Below, one piece after another: positions 24,021 to 36,700 of a stretch of 64,000 nucleotides of DNA. How positions within the stretch are numbered: the first letter of the stretch is position 1; every line of letters begins with the position of its first letter. A program made the position numbers and the translations under genes. The notes below the pieces were generated by a model. That model saw only the letters and a program-made list of their open reading frames with translations. It ran no database searches and had not been told where the DNA came from. Source of the stretch: Eledone cirrhosa (taxonomy: Eukaryota); NCBI GenBank assembly GCA_964016885.1, contig OZ024742.1, forward strand, positions 96,472,001-96,536,000, given 5' to 3'.

Positions 24021-26884
24021 TTAATTTGGATGATTGACAGCTTGATCTTTAGAATGATGGATAAAACACTCTGTGTTATTTGGTTACAGCCCTTTGCTTA
24101 CTAAGTTCAAGAGTAGATGTTATAGAAGTCTATATTCAATTAAATCATTCAATATATTTGATATTATACTGCTTGTCACAATGTGTATTTAAGGTTTGCA
24201 CTTTTAAAAAGCTTAACTATTAAATGAAATTGAATACATTAACTTGATCTTTGGACTTTAAACAGCCTTAATTATGGAACAAAGTGCATTTAATCATAAC
24301 ATCAGCACTACCACTCTACAGTGAGGACTGGCTGCATTTTCTCGTATCACCGCCACCACCACCACCACCACCACCGCCATCACCATCCTTTTGAGTACAT
24401 AGCAATAAAATAAAAATAGGAACATAAAATGTTCAATGATTGTATCAGTTGTTATTAATTCAGAGTTATACTTGTTTGATAAGTGGCTTGATATGATTCA
24501 AAACTGAAACAAGTACACCCTGGAAAAGATTATTAAAGTAACTCTTCCATGATGCTATTGTATTGCATTACATTAAACTGGTATCCCTATTAGGAAACAT
24601 TTCCTTCCAATACACACTATTTTCATCACCATCATCATCGGTTTTTTTTGCATCAACTTTTCATGCAAGCATTGGTTGAATGGAATCTTTTGAGGCAATG
24701 CTGTATGGCTAGATGATATAGCTCTTTATTTGCTTCTTATCACACAGGGATATGGTGCATCTATTCTAAACCATATGTTTAGATAATATGGACAAAGCTA
24801 TATTTTTTTATTAAAAAACAACAGAATGACCATGACTGGAATATATTTTGATTATATACGATCAGCCCTGATGTTGATTTTAAACAACAACAACATGGAA
24901 GTCAGAACTTCCTATTTTCATCCTTTTATAAATATCCTAGAGTCTTATTAAGAAACATGACTGAGTAGTTCAGAAGTTCATTTCAAAACTATACTGAGCT
25001 GGTTTCCATCCCACTGTATGACACCTTGGGCAAATGTTTTTTACCCAACCTCAGATCAACTCAAGCTTTGAGAGTGACATTAGATAGACAGAAACTGTGT
25101 CGAAGCTTATTGGATTGATTGTACTTGTAATTCAAAGGGCCAACATTGTCACATATTGTGTCATATTAACTCTGTCTGACAATTACATTACCCTTTTTGT
25201 TAACATATTTTTTAATTAGCACTGCTTATGATTTTCAAATAATGTTAAAAATAAGCAAGGATTTGGCAGGAATTAATAATATATCAATGCAACTGCCTCG
25301 TTATTAAGCTGGTATTGGAGTATATCTTAAATGTTCTTATATAAAATTATGGTGGAATATTTTTAAATGAACATAAACACTTTCAAGCAAACATCTTTGT
25401 ATTGTAGAACCAGAGGTGGTTTCAGGTAGTTTAGTAACAAAAACGTTATGGATGCATATATCTAAATATCTATGGAATATCCAGCCAATTATACCTTAAT
25501 TCAATGAGCTAGATGCCCAGTTGATTGAACAACTGAATGCTAATTTTCAAAACCAATGGAGGTTCCATGTTACATACCATATGAAATACACTGAATTCAA
25601 ATTGATATAACATTTCGAGGGCTTTACTAAAATTGTTAATTGTTTCATTATTAAGATGGTATTTGGAACATAACCTTTTTAATTAGCTCTCAATATCCTG
25701 TACCACATTAGCAAGGCATTCTTGAGAAGTACAAAACAGTACTATGACTCCATCACATTTAAAACTAAAGTCTTTAGTTTGCTCCAAATTTTCACAATGA
25801 TCTAGCCACTAGGGCAAATATTGTAAACATTTGACTTTTTTCAGTGTTTTCTGCTAAATCATTAAAAGGTGTAGAGAGTTAACAAAGGGTTTGTATCACA
25901 AATTAGATTGGAATAATTTAATTTAAATGGGTACCCATTAAAATTGGAGGTTTTGTTTTAAAGAACTGGTGACAGATTTGGGTGAGTTGATATCAAAATA
26001 TTAACAACGATTTATAACAAAGCCAGAAATTTATAAAGAAGATGTTTAATCCAATTAATTACAGGAATCAATCTCTATTTTCAATAACTTCCAAAGAAAT
26101 TAAACTGTTTTATATCAACCCATCTGGAACTGCTCCTGTACATATCAATTTATTTTAAAAAATCTTCCATCATAATTCTTTATAAGAATCTTTCAGTTAT
26201 TTTTCAAATACCATCTTAATGATAGGAATGTTAATTATATTACTAAATCCCTTACAATTCTTGATTATATTAAAAACATATTTGAAAATAACTAGACAAT
26301 GTCATTCATTAGAAATATAGTAAGAAAGGATTAAACGTTAAAATCAGGACCCAAGTTATATAACACCATATCATGCCAAAAAGGGTCAAGAGCCCTCTTC
26401 AGTTGTGTTAATGGTATGGCAATTTACACAATAAAGGCACCCAATACACTCTGTAAAATTATTGGCGATAGGAAAGGCATCCACCCATAGAAAGTTTGCC
26501 AGACAAAGAAAAGGTTGGAAGATCTCTTCAGTTGTGTCAAAGACACAACAACCTTTCCAATGCTGGTGCTATAATAAAATTCACTCAGTACACCTTGGGA
26601 ATGTATGTAAGCAATATGTAGGCCACAAGCCCATCTGGGAGGTCAGTAGCTTCATTTGTATATGGATTAGGTCTGTGAAGACCTGTTTAACTATTGCTAA
26701 TAAGAAAGATAGGTGTTAAATGATGATGATGATCACACATTTAATCTAGCAGCATTTTACCATTTCTTCTAGTCCCCTGACCTTTAGGGAAAAGACAGAA
26801 AGTAATAGTAACAACAACAATAATAAAAGCAAATAATATAAGTATCTATCAATATAGAAATAAAACGGTTTATAAAAAAGAAGC

Positions 26885-26907
26885 TGCTGCTACCATTACT
26901 ACTACTG

Positions 26908-26970
<63 letters not shown>

Positions 26971-27001
26971 TTACTACTACTACTACTACTACTACTACTA
27001 T
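26885..27001. repeat. (CTA)n microsatellite
   Basis: About 35 mostly perfect CTA units. Confidence 0.95.
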
Positions 27002-28299
27002 TTACAATATCACAACTACAATCCCAATAACTACTTGCATGACAAGCACTATTACAACCACAACAAAAACAGCAGTAATTGTTATAAAAAGAACACTATA
27101 TCAAGAGCATTGCAGCTTTAATTTCAAGGAAGCTTGATTGTCTGTCTCAAGTTGACAACCAGTATAGAAAATATAGAAGAGTTTACAACACCCTGAATTC
27201 TTAATTACAAATCCTGCCTTTTATTGATTTAAATTCACATGCAAGTTTCGTGGTAAGCTTTAATTTTGTTTGTTTATTTGTTTGTTTGTTTCACTATTCC
27301 ATGGGTTTGTATCTGTATAGCAGAGATTATACACTGTGTTGCTGTTGCCGCTGAGTCATCAGGTTAACTGCCTCATCGTGTAATAATGTGTATGTAGATA
27401 TGAATATATCTTGACATGATTCTAATGTGAACCATCTGAAACAACAGCACAAGTGCTTTAAAGACAATTATTCTGTTAAAGTAAAAGTTAGGCTTGTGTG
27501 CCCCAAGACATATATATTATAGGGTCCCTTTTGATGCAATGCTTTACAGCTGTATACTCTCCCTTGTCCCAACCTTTTCAGTTCAGTCTTATAACAAAGG
27601 GATACAGTGAATACCTATCCTAAACTGGACACCCACAATACCTTCATTGCTATCATATTCATCATCATCATCATCATCATCATACATCTATTTACTCAAT
27701 CTATAAGTGTCATATGGGTCATCACAAACCAAGTCAATATTAAATCAGTGCTATTGACCTTTTAGTTTTTCTATAGCTGGCTGTCCTTATGTCAGTGTAC
27801 TGGATGTGTTTATCATGTAAATCACCAACATTAGATAGATCATCATGGCTTAATATAAACTGAAGAGACCTCTGTACTGTTTTGGGCATATTTTTTCACA
27901 ACTGAATGCCCTTTTCATCAGCCATGTACTAGCTGCATTGTTCATGGCAACAGCACTAGAAATGTGGTTGTGCCATGCCTGGAGGAGGGTCCTCTCTGCC
28001 TTTTCTTGGAATGATTTCTATGGATGGATGCTCTTCCTAATCTCAACTACTTTACAGAGTGTGCTGAGTGTGTTTTATCATGACAGCATCATTAAGGCAG
28101 ATATCTGTCACAGACTCGACTACAGAACCCTCTCTATCTGAAGGATAGAGTTGAATGGGATAATAGGATAGATGAGAAGGATAGAGTTGAATGGGATAAT
28201 AGGATAGATAGGAAAGAATAAGGATGATAAGGATACCATGGGTAAGTGAAAATAGGTAGGGGAAGAATTACAAGCCTGTGGATGAGCAACAATGTCAAA

Positions 28300-28530
28300 T
28301 ACTATTGCGTGTTCTGCTCCAGATTGGTCTGTTTGTCTATGGAGAAGCAACAATGCTTACGAACAATAAAGGATCTATTCCTAGACTGGTCAGTTTCTCT
28401 CTTGAAGATGAGCGATGCCTATAGCTATTGCAGTCTCTTCTCACATACTGGATACTTTGTCTATAGATGAAGAGCAATGCTTATGTCTGACCATTGTAGG
28501 CTATGCTCCCTGACTGGTCAGTTTCTCTAA
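28300..28530. repeat. Degenerate ~62-bp tandem repeat (about 4 copies)
   Basis: Recurring GACTGGTCAGTTT(G/C)TCT...GA.GAGCAATGCTTA. Confidence 0.55.
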
Positions 28531-29321
28531 GCAATAAAATCAGTACTCACAATTTCAGGACCTTCTTCTATACTGGAGAATTTTACACAGCTGATTTTCA
28601 GCATTGATATTTCCAAATCAATAACTGCCAAGAAAAAAAAAAGCACATTGTGAAAGAGGAGACCTGGAGGTTGGAGCTAGAAATGTTAACATGTTAGGTT
28701 AAGAAACCACTTAAAATTTCCAAACATTAATGATATCATCAGCTGCTGCAACACAATGTAGATAAAGTGGTAAAACATTTGCAAACTTTAGGTCCCAGAT
28801 CTTGGCTTAAAATTCTAAGACCTCACCAGTAAATATAACTAGACAATTTTCATAAATATTCATCATCGTCATTAGTGCTTAACGTTCACACTTGCATGGG
28901 TTAGATGGATTATCATGTTAAGAGAAAAGTCAGGACCAGAAACAATGTCATGCACATATAGATCTGTATCAATAAAGATTATCAACTAGAAACTTAGTCA
29001 TCTCTCATTTGCACCTCTTCTCTCTTTTCCCTCCTCTTTCCCTGTTTCTCTGCTTCAATCTCTCCCTATTCCTTTTCCTCATTCTATCTCTTACTGTCTC
29101 TTTCTTTCTGTCTGTCTCTCTCTGTTTCTTCAAGTTCACAGTTCTAATGCTATGCAGACAAAGTGGTCAAAATGTTTCCGGCCTATAGATCTCAGATCTT
29201 GGCTTAAAAAGCCTCACCGATAAATATGACCAGACAATTCTCAAAACTATTCTCTTATTCCATGAGGAATATTCTCTAAACTAGATGCCTAGACACCTGC
29301 CACCCTCCATTTTTCTGTTTC

Positions 29322-29367
<46 letters not shown>

Positions 29368-29425
29368 TATAGATGTATATGTATATATATCTATATATAT
29401 ATAAACATACATACACACACATATG

Positions 29426-29469
<44 letters not shown>

Positions 29470-29804
29470 TACGTGCATACATGCCTACACAAGTTCACAG
29501 AATGAAGCACAAACATAACATAGGCTTTGATTCTTCCATTTCCAAAGACTGACACGCAAACAAAGAATCTGTGGAGACTGTTCTTATTTCTTTTAATGCT
29601 GATCACCAATTTATCTGAAGTAATTATCTTTTATGGAAGACCATTCTTTGCCTCTGAATAGTTTTCAGGAATCAATGGAAATCTTTGATGTGGCTAGAGT
29701 TGGAGATAGAATTCTCTACAGTACAGTCAATCATTCCCTAAATGTGTCCACTAGATAGGTGTATCTGGGGTATGTGTGGATGAATGGATGTGTGAGTATG
29801 TCTT

Positions 29805-30530
<726 letters not shown>

Positions 30531-30687
30531 TTCATTCGCACACACACATGTTTGAACAGTATGTAAGTGCATTGTGTTTGGGTATGTAAATGAGAAAGAA
30601 AAATGTGTAATGCTTAACATCATAAAGAGAGAGTGAAAGAGAGAGAAACACGTACACACACACATTTGAGACCCCATGTCTCTTTTT

Positions 30688-30721
30688 CACTAACATTTCA
30701 ACTTCTCACCTTTTCTCTCAG
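30688..30721 (+). promoter_or_regulatory. Putative 3' splice site (branch point + polypyrimidine tract + CAG)
   Basis: CACTAAC (30688-30694) is followed by ATTTCAACTTCTCACCTTTTCTCTCAG. There is no intervening AG, and the branch A lies ~28 nt from the acceptor. Confidence 0.5.
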
Positions 30722-30743
30722 TTTTGAAACTTGAGAAAAGTAA

Positions 30744-33700
30744 TGGAACAGTAACAGTTCCACAGTAGCACTACCAACATCACCACCAACTACTGTGACA
30801 CTACCAACAACATCACCACCAACTACTGTGACACTACCAACAACATCACCACCAACTACTGTGACACTACCAACAACATCACCACCAACTACTGTGACAC
30901 TACCAACAACATCACCACCAACTACTATGACACTACCAACAACATCACCACCAACTACTATGACACTACCAACAACATCACCACCAACTACTGTGACACT
31001 GCCAACAACATCACCACCAACTACTGTGACAGTACCAACAACACCACCAACTACTGTGACAGTACCAACAACACCAGCACCAACTACTGTGACACTACCA
31101 ACAAAATCACCACCAACTACTGTGACACTACCAACAACATCACCACCAACTACTGTGACAGTACCAACAACATCACCACCAACTGCTATGACACTACCAA
31201 CAACATCACCACCAACTACTGTGACACTACCAACAACATCACCACCAACTACTATGACACTACCAACAACATCACCACCAACTACTGTGACAGTACCAAC
31301 AACACCACCACCAACTACTGTGACACTACCAACAACATCACCACCAACTACTGTGACACTACCAACATCACCACCAACTACTGTGACAGTACCAACAACA
31401 CCACCACCAACTACTGCGACAATACCAACAACACCACCACCAACTACTGTGACACTACCAACAACATCACCACCAACTACTATGACACTACCAACAACAT
31501 CACCACCAACTACTGTGACACTGCCAACAACATCACCACCAACTACTGTGACAGTACCAACAACACCACCAACTACTGTGACAGTACCAACAACACCACC
31601 ACCAACTACTGTGACACTACCAACAAAATCACCACCAACTACTGTGACACTACCAACAACATCACCACCAACTACTATGACACTACCAACAACATCACCA
31701 CCAACTACTGTGACAGTACCAACAACACCACCACCAACTACTGTGACACTACCAACAACATCACCACCAACTACTGTGACACTACCAACATCACCACCAA
31801 CTACTGTGACAGTACCAACAACACCACCACCAACTACTGCGACACTACCAACAACACCACCACCAACTACTGTGACACTACCAACAACATCACCACCAAC
31901 TACTGTGACAGTACCAACAACACCACCACCAACTACTGTGACAGTACCAACAACATCACCACCAACTACTGTGAGACTACCAACAACATCACCACCAACT
32001 ACTGTGAGACTGCCAACAACATCACCACCAACTACTGTGACACTACCAACAACATCACCACCAAGTACTGTGACAGTACCAACAACATCACCACCAACTA
32101 ATGTGACACTACCAACATCACCACCAACTACTGTGACACTACCAACAACATCACCACCAACTACTGTGACACTACCAACAACATCACCACCAACTACTGT
32201 GACAGTACCAACAACATCACCACCAACTACTGTGACAGTACCAACAACATCACCACCAACTACTGTGACACTACCAACAACATCACCACCAACTACTATG
32301 ACAGTACCAACAACATCACCACCAACTACTGTGACACTACCAACAACATCACCACCAACTACTGTGACACTACCAACAACATCACCACCAACTACTGTGA
32401 CAGTACCAACAACATCACCACCAACTACTGTGACAGTACCAACAACATCACCACCAACTACTGTGACACTACCAACAACATCACCACCAACTACTATGAC
32501 ACTACCAACAACATCACCACCAACTACTATGACACTACCAACAACATCACCACCATCTACTGTGACACTACCAACAACACCACCACCAACTACTATGACA
32601 GTACCAACAACATCACCACCAACTACTGTGACACTACCAACAACATCACCACCAACTACTGTGAGACTACCAACAACACCACCACCAACTACTGTGACAC
32701 TACCAACAACATCACCACCAACTACTGTGACACTACCAACAACATCACCACCAACTACTATGACACTACCAACACCATCACCACCAACTACTGTGACACT
32801 ACCAACAACATCACCACCAACTACTGTGACAGTACCAACAACATCACCACCAACTACTGTGACAGTACCAACAACATCACCACCAACTACTATGACACTA
32901 CCAACAACATCACCACCAACTACTGTGACAGTACCAACAACATCACCACCAACTACTGTGACACTACCAACAACATCACCACCAACTACTGTGACACTAC
33001 CAACAAGATCACCACCAACTACTATGACACTACCAACAACATCACCACCAACTACTGTGACACTACCAACAACATCACCACCAACTACTGTGACAGTACC
33101 AACAACATCACCACCAACTACTATGACACTACCAACACCATCACCACCAACTACTGTGACACTACCAACAACATCACCACCAACTACTGTGACACTACCA
33201 ACAACATCACCACCAACTACTGTGACAGTACCAACAATATCACCACCAACTACTGCGACAGTACCAACAACATCACCAGCAACTACTGTGACACTACCAA
33301 CAACATCACCACCAACTACTGTGACAGTACCAACAACATCACCACCAACTACTGTGACACTACCAACAACGTCACCACCAACTACTGTGACAGTACCAAC
33401 AACATCACCACCAACTACTGTGACAGTACCAACAACATCACCACCGACTACTGTGACACTACCAACAACATCACCACCAACTACTGTGACACTACCAACA
33501 ACATCACCACCAACTACTGTGACAGTACCAACAACATCACCACCAACTACTGTGACAGTACCAACAACATCACCACCAACTACTATGACACTACCAACAA
33601 CATCACCACCAACTACTGTGACACTACCAACAACATCACCACCAACTACGGTGGCACTACCAACAACATCACCACCAACTACTATGACACTACCAACAAC

Positions 33701-36700
33701 ATCACCACCAACTACTGTGACACTACCAACAACATCACCACCAACTACTGTGACAGTACCAAAAACATCACCACCAACTACTGTGACACTACCAACAACA
33801 TCACCACCAAGTACTGTGACACTACCAACAACATCACCACCAACTACTATGACACTACCAACAACATCACCACCAACTACTGTGACAGTACCAACAACAT
33901 CACCACCAACTACTGTGACACTACCAACAACATCACCACCAAATACTATGACACTACCAACACCATCACCACCAACTACTGTGACACTACCAACAACATC
34001 ACCACCAACTACTGTGACAGTACCAACAACATCACCACCAACTACTGTGACAGTACCAACAACATCACCAACAACTACTGTGACACTACCAACAACATCA
34101 CCACCAACTACTGTGACAGTACCAACAACATCACCACCAACTACTGTGACACTACCAACAACATCACCACCAACTACTATGACACTACCAACAACATCAC
34201 CACCAACTACTGTGACAGTACCAACAACATCACCACCAACTACTGTGACACTACCAACAACATCACCACCAACTACTATGACACTACCAACAACACCACC
34301 ACCAACTACTGTGACAGTACCAACAACATCACCACCAACTACTATGACAGTACCAACAACATCACCACCAACTACTGTGACACTACCAACAACATCACCA
34401 CCAACTACTGTGACAGTACCAACAACATCACCACCAACTACTGTGACAGTACCAACAACATCACCAACAACTACTGTGACACTACCAACACCATCACCAC
34501 CAACTACTGTGACAGTACCAACAACATCACCACCAACTACTGTGACACTACCAACAACATCACCACCAACTACTATGACACTACCAACAACATCACCACC
34601 AACTACTGTGACAGTACCAACAACATCACCACCAACTACTGTGACACTACCAACAACATCACCACCAACTACTATGACACTACCAACAACACCACCACCA
34701 ACTACTGTGACAGTACCAACAACATCACCACCAACTACTATGACAGTACCAACAACATCACCACCAACTACTGTGACAGTACCAACAACATCACCACCAA
34801 CTACTGTGACAGTACCAACAACATCACCACCAACTACTGTGACAGTACCAACAACATCACCACCAACTACTGTGACACTACCAACAACATCACCAGCAAC
34901 TACTGTGACACTACCAACAACATCACCACCAACTACTATGACACTACCAACAACATCACCAGCAACTACTGTGACACTACCAACAACATCACCACCAACT
35001 ACTGTGACACTACCAACAACATCACCACCAACTACTATGACACTACCAACAACATCACCACCAACTACTATGACACTACCAACAACACCACCACCAACTA
35101 CTGTGAGAGTACCAACAACATCACCACCAACTACTATGACAGTACCAACAACATCACCACCAACTACTGTGACAGTACCAACAACATCACCACCAACTAC
35201 TGTGACAGTACCAACAATATCACCACCAACTACTGTGACAGTACCAACAACATCACCACCAACTACTGTGACACTACCAACAACATCACCAGCAACTACT
35301 GTGACACTACCAACAACATCACCACCAACTACTATGACACTACCAACAACATCACCACCAACTACTGTGACAGTACCAACAACATCACCAGCAACTACTG
35401 TGACACTACCAACAACATCACCACCAACTACTGTGGCACTACCAACAACATCACCAGCAACTACTGTGACACTACCAACAACATCACCACCAACTACTGT
35501 GACACTACCAACAACATCACCAGCAACTGCAATGACACTACCAACAACACCACCACCAACTACTGTGACAGTACCAACAACATCACCACCAACTACTATG
35601 ACACTACCAACAACATCACCACCCACTACTGTGACAGTACCAACAACATCACCACCAACTACTGTGACACTACCAACAACATCACCACCAACTACTATGA
35701 CACTGCCAACAACATCACCACCAACTACTGTGACACTAGCAACAACATCACCACCTACTACTGTGACACTACCAACAACATCACCACCAACTACTGTGAC
35801 ACTACCAACAACATCACCACCAACTACTGTGACAGTACCAACAACATCACCACCAACTACTGTGACAGTACCAACAACATCACCACCAACTACTGTGACA
35901 CTACCAACAACATCACCACCAACTACTATGACACTACCAACAACATCACCACCAACTACTGTGACACTACCAACAATATCACCACCAACTACTGTGACAG
36001 TACCAACAATATCACCACCAACTACTCTGACAGTACCAACAACATCACCACCAACTACTGTGACACTACCAACAACATCACCACCAACTACTGTGACACT
36101 ACCAACAACATCACCACCAACTACTGTGACAGTACCAACAACATCACCACCAACTACTATGACACTACCAACAACATCACCACCAACTACTGTGACAGTA
36201 CCAACAACATCACCACCAACTACTGTGACACTACCAACAACATCACCACCAACTACTATGACACTACCAACAACATCACCACCAACTACTGTGACACTAC
36301 CAACAACATCACCACCAACTACTGTGACACTACCGACAACATCACCACCAACTACTGTGACAGTACCAACAACATCACCACCAACTACTGTGACACTACC
36401 AACAACATCACCACCAACTACTGTGACACTACCAACAACATCACCACCAACTACTATGACACTACCAACAACATCACCACCAACTAAGGTGACACTACCA
36501 ACAACATCACCACCAACTACTGTGACAGTACCAACAACATCACCACCAACTACTGTGACAGTACCAACAACATCACCACCAACTACTGTGACACTACCAA
36601 CAACATCACCACCAACTACTGTGACAGTACCAACAACATCACCACCAACTACTGTGACACTACCAACAACATCACCACCAACTACTATGACACTACCAAC

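Noticed and set aside
30698-35626. 1,642-aa minus-strand ORF (VVGGDVVGSVT)n as a stand-alone gene
   Set aside because: Its start is a chance GTG from one variant unit in mid-array. It is the antisense shadow of the repeat.
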